Source of the DNA: a virus | Virus record (IMG/VR): IMGVR_UViG_3300010413_000016 | Location: 1 to 64,000 of that record | DNA length: 64,000 nt | Direction: 5' to 3' (one strand) | Shown: positions 39,921-50,018 of the stretch, one piece after another | How positions within the stretch are numbered: the first letter of the stretch is position 1 | How the letters are laid out: the number at the start of each line of letters is the position of its first letter | Made by a program: the position numbers and the translations under genes | The notes under the pieces: model-generated | What the model was told of the DNA's origin: nothing | What the model saw: the letters and a program-made list of their open reading frames with translations, nothing else | Databases searched by the model: none

Positions 39921-40352
39921 ATGACAACCAAAAAAATATACAGAGCTGGAACAATTCCTTACATTATCAATCCTGAAACATCTCAGATTGAGATGCTGTT
40001 TATGTATCCCAGCGATCCAAAATATGGAGGACCGTATTATCAATGCTGCAAAGGTCGAGTCGAAGAAGGTGAAACGAATCTTGAGGCCGCTCTCAGAGAA
40101 GCAACTGAAGAACTAGGACTGTTTACTGGGAACATTGATGGCGATCCACACAATCTTGGAAATTTTCTCGGACGTACAATGATGTACGTTGTTAAAGTCG
40201 AAGACAAGGATATGTTTGGCGATCCACATTTCGAAACGAGAGATACTAAGTGGATGACGCCAGAAGAATTCGAAGAAACTGGACGAAGTCTTCACAAGCC
40301 AATAGTGAAAGCAGCAGTTCGCTATATAAAAGAAAAAGAAAACATAAAATAA
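39921..40352 (+). CDS. Nudix hydrolase
   Basis: GRVEEGETNLEAALREATEELG Nudix box. Confidence 0.9.
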   Translation: MTTKKIYRAGTIPYIINPETSQIEMLFMYPSDPKYGGPYYQCCKGRVEEGETNLEAALREATEELGLFTGNIDGDPHNLGNFLGRTMMYVVKVEDKDMFGDPHFETRDTKWMTPEEFEETGRSLHKPIVKAAVRYIKEKENIK

Positions 40353-40371
40353 TTAACATAGAGGTCAAAGA

Positions 40372-40989
40372 ATGAGTTGGGAAATTAGCAAAGAGTTTGG
40401 ATTCGACTATGGTCACCGTGTATGGTCACAAAAGTTGAACAAAGAATATAGCATCGATGATGAAACGGTGTGCAGACACATTCATGGTCACCGAGGACAA
40501 GTACACATTCACTTATCTGCAGAGTGTTTGACAAACGGAATGTGTACTGATTTCAAACATCTCAACTGGGCAAAAAAGTTTCTAGATGATTACATTGATC
40601 ATAAGTTTATCCTCGATACTAATGATCCATGGTTTATCAACATTATCAACGCAACCCCTGTTTTTGAAGATGGTAAGTTTGTACGAGTAAAAACTACGTA
40701 TCCATTGAACACTTCCGAAATCAATGAGCTTAACGTTAAAGAGGTGTTCGTACCAGGAACTGAACATTTTGCGGGATATATTCTGGAGGTTGATCACCTA
40801 CAAGGACCAGAAAAAGAGTTTTTTGAAGGATTCTTCTTGGTTAAATTCTTACCAACGTCTGAAAATCTGTCTCAGTGGCTGTTTGAATGCGTAGATGCAA
40901 AAATGTCACTGATTGATGTCACAACTTCCAAGATTGAGTGGTGGGAAACACCAAAAAGTTGCTCTGTTTTCACTCGACCTGATAAATAA
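40372..40989 (+). CDS. queD: 6-carboxy-5,6,7,8-tetrahydropterin synthase
   Basis: FDYGHR, CRHIHGH, DF, DHKFI, PTSENL, WETP. Confidence 0.88.
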   Translation: MSWEISKEFGFDYGHRVWSQKLNKEYSIDDETVCRHIHGHRGQVHIHLSAECLTNGMCTDFKHLNWAKKFLDDYIDHKFILDTNDPWFINIINATPVFEDGKFVRVKTTYPLNTSEINELNVKEVFVPGTEHFAGYILEVDHLQGPEKEFFEGFFLVKFLPTSENLSQWLFECVDAKMSLIDVTTSKIEWWETPKSCSVFTRPDK

Positions 40990-41018
40990 GTGTATAAACA
41001 CCAATTTAGGGGTCAAAG

Positions 41019-41213
41019 ATGTTGTTATCGCAGCTATTTGAAGCGGTTATGAGTAAAAAGAAGAAAAAGAAGCAGGACGAACTGCCACAAGTACGCAACT
41101 TCGTTGCAAAAAACGCACAACGAGCTGGCGCTGGAGCACATGCTGACAAGAAAGGAAAGCATGCAAATCGCCAACGTCAAAAGAAACAGTGGAAGAAGGA
41201 GGAAGGATTGTGA
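41019..41213 (+). CDS. Small basic late protein, possible internal head protein
   Basis: Late promoter; MLLSQLFE leader. Confidence 0.55.
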   Translation: MLLSQLFEAVMSKKKKKKQDELPQVRNFVAKNAQRAGAGAHADKKGKHANRQRQKKQWKKEEGL

Positions 41214-41734
41214 GTCTCTTTAAAGAAATTGACAAAGCTATTCGTGAAAAAGATATGGTCGAAACTGCAATCAAGGAAGTGTGTGCCAAGCACACAGAAG
41301 AGGAAGAAGAAAGTGTCGCAAGTGCGTGTAAAAAGTACATGAATCCATCCCGAGCCAACGATTTTGCAAAGGTAATCGCGCAGCTAATGGATAACGGCGC
41401 ATCTTATGGGGATGCAAAAGCACAAGCATTTGACGAAACAGAAATGCCACCTTCCAATAGTCCTTGCTGCAAATTCATTCGTTCGGCAGTTGCAAAATAC
41501 CGCAAGAAGTCGGTTTCAGAATCGGAAGTAATCAACGAAGCTCGTCGTAAAGTTGGCGAATACGAAAATGCAGATACTGGTCGTAAGGCTGTGTTGTACA
41601 AAGATCCTGAGTGGGAAGAATTTCAAGTGGAATTTTTTCAAGATGGAAAGCACCAAAAGAAAGCAACATATCACACCGATGACAAGCAAGATGCAATTGA
41701 TACTGGAAAAGGATTTATTAACAAAAAGTTCTAA
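41210..41734 (+). CDS. Hypothetical late protein
   Basis: GTG start coupled to upstream stop; (I/V)xE motifs. Confidence 0.6.
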   Translation: MSLFKEIDKAIREKDMVETAIKEVCAKHTEEEEESVASACKKYMNPSRANDFAKVIAQLMDNGASYGDAKAQAFDETEMPPSNSPCCKFIRSAVAKYRKKSVSESEVINEARRKVGEYENADTGRKAVLYKDPEWEEFQVEFFQDGKHQKKATYHTDDKQDAIDTGKGFINKKF

Positions 41735-41753
41735 CTAGTACACAGCATACTTT

Positions 41754-41782
41754 AAAAGGGGGACTAAATTGTCCCCTTTTTT
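41754..41782 (+). terminator. Rho-independent terminator
   Basis: ggggac-taaatt-gtcccc plus T tract. Confidence 0.75.
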
Positions 41783-41837
41783 ATTGTTGGATTCCACTAA
41801 CGCCTCTTGTATAATATTAATATCTAGGAGGCAAATT

Positions 41838-44150
41838 TTGAAACTTCACACCAAAACAAATACCATCGAACGGGGTGGCGTGTATGCTGAAAACGCATTC
41901 ACAATTAAGACAACAGCAAAAGCGTTTGATATTCTTTCAAGTGGGTTATATACCGATCCAATCGCAGCTATAGTTAGAGAGCTGAGCTGCAATGCATCTG
42001 ATGCGCATGTGGCCGCTGGAAAACCAACCGAACCTTTCATCATTCACCTTCCAAATGAACTCGAACCATATTTCTCAGTAATTGATAATGGTACTGGCTT
42101 ATCTGATGAAAATATTCGTGGTGAATTGGTTCCTACTACAACGGTAGAAGGTGACAGAATCGTTCCTATGTTGGACGAGGAGGGTAACCAATTGTACCAC
42201 CGCGCTGGTGGTTTATATACTACGTACTTTGAGTCTACAAAAACAGATTCAAACGATTTCGTCGGCGCACTTGGACTTGGTTCTAAGAGTCCATTCAGTT
42301 ATGCTCGAGCGTTTGATGTCATTTCACGCTACAACGGAACAAAGCTGGTATATTCTGTTTTTCTTAACGAGAGCAACATTCCTTCTGTTGCCTTATTGGG
42401 GAAAAAATCAACTGACGAACCAAACGGTCTTGAAGTCAGAATTGCCATCAGATCGGAAGACTTTAGTGCATTCGCTGAAAAAGTATCACACGAACTTCGA
42501 TTTTTCGACATCAAACCTAACATCATCGGATCATGTAATTTTGAGTTTGTAGATACTCCAGAACCGATTGTATCAGGAGAAGGGTGGTCACTATTTCGTT
42601 CTAGTAGATGGGGCAGTAACCACGTGACAGCAATTCAAGGTAATGTTGCATACCATGTCAACACTGATCAATTGTACAGCCACCTCAGTGATTCAGCTCG
42701 CGCACTTATCGGAGACGTGGACATTGCTTTGTTCTTTGACATTGGTCAGTTAGAATTTGCTGCTAACCGTGAAGAAATTCGATATGACGAAGACACACTA
42801 AGCAACATTATAGATAGACTCGAACAAATGTGTTCAGATTTAACAAAATATGCGAATGATATAATCAGTCCATATTCTGACAGTCGGTGGAACGCAGCAA
42901 TTGCTTTCGAATCTCTCTCCAAGGAATGGTTTTTGGGAGATCATAATCTTCGAATATTTCTGTCTCACAAAACCAAAGAACTTGAAGATGATTCTGTTCT
43001 AAAAGATCTTGTTGTCAAGGGAAACTATGTACAAATTAACAATGATATCAGAGGACACGAGATCGTTGAATATACATACAGAGCACGAGGCAGAATTACC
43101 AGAGAAGGAAGGGTTGAAAATACGAGTGTGAATCCACGCAGCGATACGGTTGTGTTTTACAATGATATTAAAACACGTGGTATCACTCAAATTAAAGAAT
43201 ATCTTCGCAATTCACAGGAAATCAATACAGCGTTGGTCATTACTCCTCTAAAAATTCCTCGAGCAGTCAATACATTCAACGAGGCATATGAAACGCCATT
43301 TACAGATTATGACGAAGAGTACGAATATATCATCGATAGTTTGGGTCATCCTGAAGTTAAAATAGCAAGCATTGACACAGAGACTGTTAAACGAAAAATC
43401 GGAAATGGAACGAAAGCACCCATCTATATTCCAAATGGATATCACTCAGTTAGACGCGGTATGTGGGATACGACATACACAGCAGATTGGAAAACGGCGG
43501 AACTTGGTTCGGTGTATGATAGTACAGATGAATTTTTGTGGTTCCTGCTCGAACATCGTTCAAACATAATTGATGATGAAGGTGGTACGGTATATTGGGA
43601 ATCTCGTAGCATTAGTGATAATATAGCCAATATGGTTAACATCATAAATGAGCACTTTGGTACAAATTACGAAATGGATAATGTGTATGGTGTCTCAGTA
43701 ACAGCTCAAAGAAAAATATCCAAAAAATCCAATTGGACGAATTTATTCGAATTATATTTGTCAGCACTAGAGTCATACTCTCCAACATTGGAGTATATGC
43801 AAATCAAAAATGTAACAACAGATAATGATAATTTTGGAATACTGGCCATGCTGGAAGATTCACAAGCCCGATCCAAAATTTTAGGTCTTGATCGATCGTC
43901 GCCTTTTCGCCAAGCGGTTGAGCCAGCGATAACTAGTATAGTGGAACATGAAGGCAATGTCTCAGCAGCAAGAAAAGTTCTGAGTATCTGGAATTCCCAA
44001 CGTATCTTTGACACACACGTTCCAAACGATGTTGCTCCTTTCTTTGAAAAGGGGCAATTTAACAAATATGAAATGTTGCCGGTAGTCGGAAATTATACTC
44101 GCAACATCGACAAAATTATAAACTATATCAATCTTATAGATAGGAGCTAA
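41838..44150 (+). CDS. rIIA: RIIA-like protein (GHKL ATPase N-terminus)
   Basis: AFDILSSGLY, RELSCNASDAH, DNGTGL, GALGLGSKSPF; TTG start after AGGAGG. Confidence 0.9.
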   Translation: MKLHTKTNTIERGGVYAENAFTIKTTAKAFDILSSGLYTDPIAAIVRELSCNASDAHVAAGKPTEPFIIHLPNELEPYFSVIDNGTGLSDENIRGELVPTTTVEGDRIVPMLDEEGNQLYHRAGGLYTTYFESTKTDSNDFVGALGLGSKSPFSYARAFDVISRYNGTKLVYSVFLNESNIPSVALLGKKSTDEPNGLEVRIAIRSEDFSAFAEKVSHELRFFDIKPNIIGSCNFEFVDTPEPIVSGEGWSLFRSSRWGSNHVTAIQGNVAYHVNTDQLYSHLSDSARALIGDVDIALFFDIGQLEFAANREEIRYDEDTLSNIIDRLEQMCSDLTKYANDIISPYSDSRWNAAIAFESLSKEWFLGDHNLRIFLSHKTKELEDDSVLKDLVVKGNYVQINNDIRGHEIVEYTYRARGRITREGRVENTSVNPRSDTVVFYNDIKTRGITQIKEYLRNSQEINTALVITPLKIPRAVNTFNEAYETPFTDYDEEYEYIIDSLGHPEVKIASIDTETVKRKIGNGTKAPIYIPNGYHSVRRGMWDTTYTADWKTAELGSVYDSTDEFLWFLLEHRSNIIDDEGGTVYWESRSISDNIANMVNIINEHFGTNYEMDNVYGVSVTAQRKISKKSNWTNLFELYLSALESYSPTLEYMQIKNVTTDNDNFGILAMLEDSQARSKILGLDRSSPFRQAVEPAITSIVEHEGNVSAARKVLSIWNSQRIFDTHVPNDVAPFFEKGQFNKYEMLPVVGNYTRNIDKIINYINLIDRS

Positions 44151-44151
44151 C

Positions 44152-45210
44152 ATGGCATCTTTTATTAAATCTTCTACCCACATCTCGATTGTGTTCGATG
44201 ATGGGGAATCGGCAACAATTTATGCTTCACAGGAAAACTACGACCCTGTATGTGCAGCCATCAAACAAGATGATTGGAGTCTCGCCCAGCACCTAGCGTT
44301 TCCAGTTAATGAGGTCAAGGCCAACCTTGCTCCTCTTGGTGATCGGGTTTCAGTTGAGCATGGAGTTGTGTCTTTGGATGGGACAGCAATTCATAACACT
44401 CTTACCGAGCGCATGCTACAAATGCACAGTGAAGGATTTAATATTGCTCCAATGGCAAAATTCCTCGAGAATCTGATGGACAATCCATCTTATCGAGCGG
44501 TGAACGAACTGTATACATTCCTTGAACAATCAGACCTACCAATCACCGAGGATGGTCACTTCATCGCCTATAAACGTGTCGCCAGTGACTTTACAGACAT
44601 GTATTCACATACGATGGACAACTCTCCAGGCAAGGTGGTATCGATGCCTCGCAATCAAGTGAACGAAGATAAGAACGTAACGTGCTCACGTGGACTGCAC
44701 TTCTGCTCACGTTCTTACTTACCTCACTATGGTGATGTTCCGGATTCGAGAGTGGTTATGGTTAAAATTAATCCGCGTGACGTTGTGTCCATTCCCGCAG
44801 ATTATAACAATGCTAAAGGTCGTTGTAGTCGGTATGAAGTTATCAGGGATCTCCAGCTCAAAGAGACTGGAAACAATTCATACCTTCCTGTTGAACGATT
44901 GGAAAAATCATATCTGCCTCCCGAGGAAGTTTCAGCACCAATTGAAGAGATTAGAACTCCCACCGAAGATGTTGAGCAAGAAGTTCCAAAGGAAAGTCAA
45001 ACCAAAGCGGTCGCTGCCTACTACTCTAAGGATAACACTGAGCCATTTGATGTGTTTGCTTCGCCACGAGATGCTCAAGAAGCGATTGGTGTCGATTCTT
45101 CTAGTATTTCTAAAGTGTGCAGAGGGCAACGTAACACAGCAGGTGGATATGTTTGGAAGTGGACAGATCTTCCACCTACAGTAACTCTACACACCTCCTC
45201 AAGCGACTGA
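44152..45210 (+). CDS. rIIB: RIIB-like protein with C-terminal NUMOD1-like domain
   Basis: NPS.RAV.ELY.FL, CSRGLHFCS, VSIPADY; SISKVCRG...AGGYVWKW. Confidence 0.9.
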   Translation: MASFIKSSTHISIVFDDGESATIYASQENYDPVCAAIKQDDWSLAQHLAFPVNEVKANLAPLGDRVSVEHGVVSLDGTAIHNTLTERMLQMHSEGFNIAPMAKFLENLMDNPSYRAVNELYTFLEQSDLPITEDGHFIAYKRVASDFTDMYSHTMDNSPGKVVSMPRNQVNEDKNVTCSRGLHFCSRSYLPHYGDVPDSRVVMVKINPRDVVSIPADYNNAKGRCSRYEVIRDLQLKETGNNSYLPVERLEKSYLPPEEVSAPIEEIRTPTEDVEQEVPKESQTKAVAAYYSKDNTEPFDVFASPRDAQEAIGVDSSSISKVCRGQRNTAGGYVWKWTDLPPTVTLHTSSSD

Positions 45211-45211
45211 C

Positions 45212-45643
45212 ATGATAACAACTATAATTGCAAGTTTGTACTTCTGGACGCTACTAGTGAGAACTCGTCTAAGAGAGCTAACCTCACTAGTAGCTGAGGG
45301 GGCAGCTACGGTACAGCAAGCGTATTATTTTTCTGATATGGAGGATGACCACGAGACGAAAGATCAAATCGAAAACGTTGATTTTCCTAAACTTCAACGG
45401 CATAATTTGTTGGTAGGAATATCCACAACAGTAACGGCGTGGTCACTTGTTGTTAATGCAATTTCTCTGTTTGCATTAACGTATGCTGCAATGACAGGAT
45501 ACGTCATATCACATGTCGTTTACATGACAACGATATTAGCAGTGGCAGGTATTAATGCAGGAACTATACTGATTCACACAAACGTGCACAAGTGGAAAGA
45601 TTCCATCAGCACTATCATTGATAAGTACGCATTACAACAATAA
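45212..45643 (+). CDS. Membrane protein
   Basis: Hydrophobic segments. Confidence 0.6.
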   Translation: MITTIIASLYFWTLLVRTRLRELTSLVAEGAATVQQAYYFSDMEDDHETKDQIENVDFPKLQRHNLLVGISTTVTAWSLVVNAISLFALTYAAMTGYVISHVVYMTTILAVAGINAGTILIHTNVHKWKDSISTIIDKYALQQ

Positions 45644-45665
45644 CATGAAAGGAGCTTAGACGCTA

Positions 45666-46628
45666 GTGATAACTTCTTTAACGAACGCTAAAATTTTTAC
45701 AGGTAACTCTAATCCAGCCCTTGCACGTAAAGTTGCTCGAGCTCTTCATCTTCCACTAGGAAAAATTGAAGTTGAACATTTTAGTGATGGGGAGGTTCGC
45801 GTTGAAATTGGAGAACCTGTCCGTGACGATACTGTTTTTATCGTTCAATCAACTTGTGCTCCAACAAACGACAATTTGATGGAATTGATCATCATGGCTG
45901 ATGCATTTCGTCGGTCAGCTGTAAAGAAAATCGTTGCCGTAATTCCATATTACGGGTATGCGCGACAAGATAGACGACCCGACCACACTCGAACACCAAT
46001 CACATCTCGTTTGGTAGCTGATATGATTCAAGTCGCTGGTGTTGATCAAGTTGTCGTTGTTGATATTCACTCTGGACAGCAGCAAGGCTTCTTTACTATT
46101 CCAGTCATTAATGTGTCAGCTGCACCTGAGATCGTGGGAGATATTTGGAGACATCATGGCAATAACATTGACAATGTATCAATTGTGTCTCCTGACACGG
46201 GTGGCGTTGTCCGTGCTCGTTCAATCGCAAAACAGCTCAATGACGCTGATCTAGCAATTGTTGATAAGAGACGTCCAAAAGCCAATGAATCTCAAGTGAT
46301 GAATGTAATTGGAGATGTCGAGGGTAAAACGTGCATCGTTGTAGATGATATGATCGACACGGCTGGAACTCTATGCAAAGCAGCTGCTGCTTTAGTTGAA
46401 CGTGGAGCAGATAAAGTTATTGCATATGCAACGCACCCAGTATTTTCTGGACCAGCATACGATAATATCGAAAACTCAGTACTATCTGAGGTCGTAGTAA
46501 TGGATACGATCCCAGTATCACACGAATCTCCAAAAATTCGCACAATATCAATCGCAAATCTTATTGCAGAGACTCTCAGTCGATCCCAAAACGGCAAATC
46601 AGTTAGTGAACTGTACGTTGGCCACTAG
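45666..46628 (+). CDS. prs: Ribose-phosphate pyrophosphokinase
   Basis: FSDGE, PYYGYARQDR, DIH, SPDTGG, VDDMIDTAGT. Confidence 0.93.
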   Translation: MITSLTNAKIFTGNSNPALARKVARALHLPLGKIEVEHFSDGEVRVEIGEPVRDDTVFIVQSTCAPTNDNLMELIIMADAFRRSAVKKIVAVIPYYGYARQDRRPDHTRTPITSRLVADMIQVAGVDQVVVVDIHSGQQQGFFTIPVINVSAAPEIVGDIWRHHGNNIDNVSIVSPDTGGVVRARSIAKQLNDADLAIVDKRRPKANESQVMNVIGDVEGKTCIVVDDMIDTAGTLCKAAAALVERGADKVIAYATHPVFSGPAYDNIENSVLSEVVVMDTIPVSHESPKIRTISIANLIAETLSRSQNGKSVSELYVGH

Positions 46629-46636
46629 GAGGCAAA

Positions 46637-46912
46637 ATGGATAACGTAACAAAATTCCCAACAAATTCGCAGAAAGAAGGTGATATTGTAGCTGGAACCT
46701 CATTCTATCTATTGGACGAATACTGGTTTTCACCAGGAGGAAACCAATCTACTATTGGAGTAGTTCTTGTTGAAGATTCTATAATGCATGTCGTCAAATC
46801 ATACATTGGAACTGGAACGGATGCGGCAGAAATAGCAAAGTGGGGCGCTAAAGTGCCAAGAGATATGGCCGAAAGTATTTTTGGCCCTCAACCTAACTGG
46901 CATATACGATAA
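46637..46912 (+). CDS. Hypothetical protein
   Basis: ORF with GGAGG RBS. Confidence 0.6.
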   Translation: MDNVTKFPTNSQKEGDIVAGTSFYLLDEYWFSPGGNQSTIGVVLVEDSIMHVVKSYIGTGTDAAEIAKWGAKVPRDMAESIFGPQPNWHIR

Positions 46913-46945
46913 ATACGAAAAAACATCATTCGTATAGGACCTAAC

Positions 46946-47515
46946 ATGAAAATTCTACAACAAATTAACGAAACAGTTAATGCTGTGAACAAGCAACACC
47001 AGATTGTCTCGACTAACATCGATATCGTTCTCGAAAAAAGCACTGATCTTACTGCAGATCAGTTAAACGAAGCAGTTACAAACTGGTTAGCTCGCCTACG
47101 TGGTGCAGCGGAAAAAGGAAACGTCGATCCTTCCAAAAAACAAGGAATCGCATACGTACTGGGAGCTCTAATGGCGCTAAGTGATCCAAATATCGCTGAT
47201 GCTCTAGATGAACGCAATGATTTGGGAACAATGCTGTATGCTGTTAGCAGTGATAATAAAGAAGACAGCAAAGCAGCTCTGCAACGCTTGGTTCAAATTG
47301 GTCGTCACCCTAGCTTAAAAAGTTACGTGGCACAAGCTAGTGAAACTTTGGATAATCCTGACACGATTAATCAAGTTGCCAATCAACTTCAAACAAAGAT
47401 TGATCAAGTAATGCGCAGCAAATTGTCGAAAGAACGTCAAACGACTCAAAGTAATCAAGCTCAGCAAACAACTCCAAAGCTGGGCCTCAAAGATGAGATG
47501 AATAAGCAGCAATAA
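46946..47515 (+). CDS. Late protein, possible internal head protein
   Basis: Late promoter; MKILQQINE leader. Confidence 0.6.
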   Translation: MKILQQINETVNAVNKQHQIVSTNIDIVLEKSTDLTADQLNEAVTNWLARLRGAAEKGNVDPSKKQGIAYVLGALMALSDPNIADALDERNDLGTMLYAVSSDNKEDSKAALQRLVQIGRHPSLKSYVAQASETLDNPDTINQVANQLQTKIDQVMRSKLSKERQTTQSNQAQQTTPKLGLKDEMNKQQ

Positions 47516-47592
47516 CGTAATTGGGTGACAGTTGTCACATACTATTTTTTAGGGTAATATTGTCGTAACTGGTAATTTATCGGAGATAGAAC

Positions 47593-47796
47593 ATGGGACA
47601 GCTGAATGACATCCAACGTACGTCAGTATACAAATACATCGGCCCTACAATCGATTTTGACTTTGATGGGCCTGATGATACCATCCTCAGCGATGAGGTA
47701 TTTGTAACAGATCAAATGATGGATAACTTCCGTAAAAATTGCGTCCAAATGGGACTAATGGAAGAGATTTCTATCGAAGACTTGGAACGGCTCTAG
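47593..47796 (+). CDS. Hypothetical protein
   Basis: ORF with GGAG RBS. Confidence 0.5.
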   Translation: MGQLNDIQRTSVYKYIGPTIDFDFDGPDDTILSDEVFVTDQMMDNFRKNCVQMGLMEEISIEDLERL

Positions 47797-47907
47797 GGCC
47801 GTTTTCCTTCCTCTCAATCGTAATAATTCCCCTTCTGGTGGATTTCCCTTTTCAGAAGGGAGAAAATATGTTTTAAACTGAAAACATATTGATTCTAGAG
47901 GAAGAAA

Positions 47908-48153
47908 ATGAGCGTATTAGAGTGTAGTCGTAATGGTTGCGAGAACATAATGTGTGACAGATATTCTCCAGCTTATGGTTATATCTGCAATGAATGTTTC
48001 GAGGAACTAGTAGAGACTGGACCAACAACTGACATCAGTGAGTTTATGAACACTCTCAAAGAGCCCCATAAAACTTCAAGAGCTGAAGCATACGCTCGAT
48101 ATGATGCCGCATTCACATTATGGTATTGGGTAATTAACGAGGAAGAAAAATGA
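47908..48153 (+). CDS. Small Cys-rich protein
   Basis: CSRNGC...C...CNEC. Confidence 0.6.
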   Translation: MSVLECSRNGCENIMCDRYSPAYGYICNECFEELVETGPTTDISEFMNTLKEPHKTSRAEAYARYDAAFTLWYWVINEEEK

Positions 48154-48593
48154 AAGAAGTAAAAGGTGATCTAATCGCCCTTGCAGAACAAGGTAACTTT
48201 GATGTTATTGTGCATGGATGTAATTGTTTTAACACAATGGGCGCTGGTATCGCTGCGACTATTCGTAGCAAATATCCTCAAGTGTACCAAGTAGACTGCG
48301 AAACGGTAAAAGGTGATCGGTCAAAGCTGGGAACATATACCGCAGCGGTCACTGGGAAGTTTGTCATTATCAATGCTTACACACAATATACGTACAATCC
48401 AAGAACGAACCCCGTAGATTATGATGCCATTCGTGAAGTCTTCAAAAAGATCAAAAAAGACTTTGCAGGTAAGCGTATTGGATATCCTCTAATTGGTGCC
48501 GGACTTGCTGGAGGTGATTGGAACAAGATTTCGACCATCATCGATGAAGAACTTGCTGGCGAAGATCATACTGTTGTGATCTACCAACCGTAG
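48150..48593 (+). CDS. Macro domain (ADP-ribose processing) protein
   Basis: VHGCNCFNTMGAGIA; YPLIGAGLAGGDW. Confidence 0.88.
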   Translation: MKEVKGDLIALAEQGNFDVIVHGCNCFNTMGAGIAATIRSKYPQVYQVDCETVKGDRSKLGTYTAAVTGKFVIINAYTQYTYNPRTNPVDYDAIREVFKKIKKDFAGKRIGYPLIGAGLAGGDWNKISTIIDEELAGEDHTVVIYQP

Positions 48594-48819
48594 GATGAAT
48601 GACGAAACGGATATCGCGCGGTCGAATGAAGCAAGGGTTTCATGATAGTATAACAAATAGTATTCTGCTGGTTGTTGGAATACTATTTGTTGTTTTGTTT
48701 ATTTTAATTGTACTTGGTGGACGCTAATGATCGTAGTAGTTAACATTGTAATAGTAGGAATTGGTGTTCTTGTTGGAACGATTTTTGCTGTAACCTTTCC
48801 AATTTGTGAGTGATTGTAA

Positions 48820-49191
48820 ATGAAAAAACAATATGATTACATTGAAGGCCAGACAATCGAAGTTAAGACAGATGTGAATGGTTCGATTTCATTTGAAATA
48901 ACGACAATGCTTGGTGATACCTATCCTGTAACATTATCATCAGAAGACGCGTCAGAACTAGTTGAAGAGCTTTCTGAAGAATTGTTACCTTGGAGACCAA
49001 TCGAAACAGCACCAACTGATACGAAAACAATGTTTGTCGTAATTGCGTTGGGTGTAAAACCTGTAGGAACGTTCCCATACGATTCCGATCCATATTGTGT
49101 GTGGCACCATGATGGTGTCTTCGTAAGATGGCCACACGACTTCCCACCGACGCACTGGTTACCACTACCTCCAAAAACAAGAAAGAAATAA
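48820..49191 (+). CDS. Hypothetical protein with DUF551-like C-terminus
   Basis: WRPIETAP...PTHWLPLP. Confidence 0.7.
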   Translation: MKKQYDYIEGQTIEVKTDVNGSISFEITTMLGDTYPVTLSSEDASELVEELSEELLPWRPIETAPTDTKTMFVVIALGVKPVGTFPYDSDPYCVWHHDGVFVRWPHDFPPTHWLPLPPKTRKK

Positions 49192-49763
49192 GGATCAAAT
49201 ATATGGGCGCGTTACTGATATACATTTTGGTAGTTGCAATGTTTCCTCTATTAGGATACTTTTTCGATTATCGTAGTATGGGCCGAAAGGAAGAGTACAC
49301 TCGCAAAGTATTTAATGAATACTTCACTGTGGGACTAAAAATTGGTACAGTTATAACCATAATCTTAATTTGTGCATTGGTTTCATTGTCTGGCAAAGTT
49401 CTTAAATTTGGACCATCTGTTGATTGTGTTAAACAATCAACCAATATTCCGATCGTTTCTGTGTTCAGAGACAAATCTTATACCAGCAGTTTCATTTTAG
49501 GTACCGGTGGTGGTACGTCTGTAACAAAATACTATACGTACATCTCGTTACCTCAAGGACTAAAACTGATTGATTTTAGTGTCGCGACTACTTACATCGT
49601 CGAGGATGATGATGCCCCACACTTTGAACGATTCGACTACATGTGTCCAAAGACAGTGAAACATTGGTTACTATCAACACCACTTGAAATGAGATATAAC
49701 GTTGGCAAAGAAGGCAGACTGCATGTTCCACCTGGAACCATAATGCGTAGTTTCAAACTATAG
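49128..49763 (+). CDS. Membrane-anchored hypothetical protein
   Basis: Two TM segments; true start probably downstream. Confidence 0.55.
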   Translation: MATRLPTDALVTTTSKNKKEIRIKYMGALLIYILVVAMFPLLGYFFDYRSMGRKEEYTRKVFNEYFTVGLKIGTVITIILICALVSLSGKVLKFGPSVDCVKQSTNIPIVSVFRDKSYTSSFILGTGGGTSVTKYYTYISLPQGLKLIDFSVATTYIVEDDDAPHFERFDYMCPKTVKHWLLSTPLEMRYNVGKEGRLHVPPGTIMRSFKL

Positions 49764-49772
49764 GACAACGTT

Positions 49773-50006
49773 ATGGTAGCGAAAAAAGATGCACCAAAGC
49801 TAGACTTTGCTGGTGGTAAACTGGACATACTTGGACGGCAATTAATAATGGGCCAACAAGTTGCATTCAACCCGCCAAAATACAAAGGAATCACAATTGG
49901 CCACATTGCTGGATTTACCGAAAAGATGGTCCGTGTGAAATATCGGGATCATATGAATAGAATTAAGATAACGGTCGTATATGCAAGGGACTGTGCAATT
50001 CTTTAG
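49773..50006 (+). CDS. Small hypothetical protein
   Basis: DILGRQLIMGQQVAF. Confidence 0.55.
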   Translation: MVAKKDAPKLDFAGGKLDILGRQLIMGQQVAFNPPKYKGITIGHIAGFTEKMVRVKYRDHMNRIKITVVYARDCAIL

Positions 50007-50018
50007 AAAGAGGTTCGA

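Noticed and set aside
45666-46628. NAD+ reconstitution (NARP1 Adps) anti-defence system
   Set aside because: Protein looks like a canonical PRPP synthetase and no nicotinamide PRTase-like partner is in the window; cannot be excluded genome-wide
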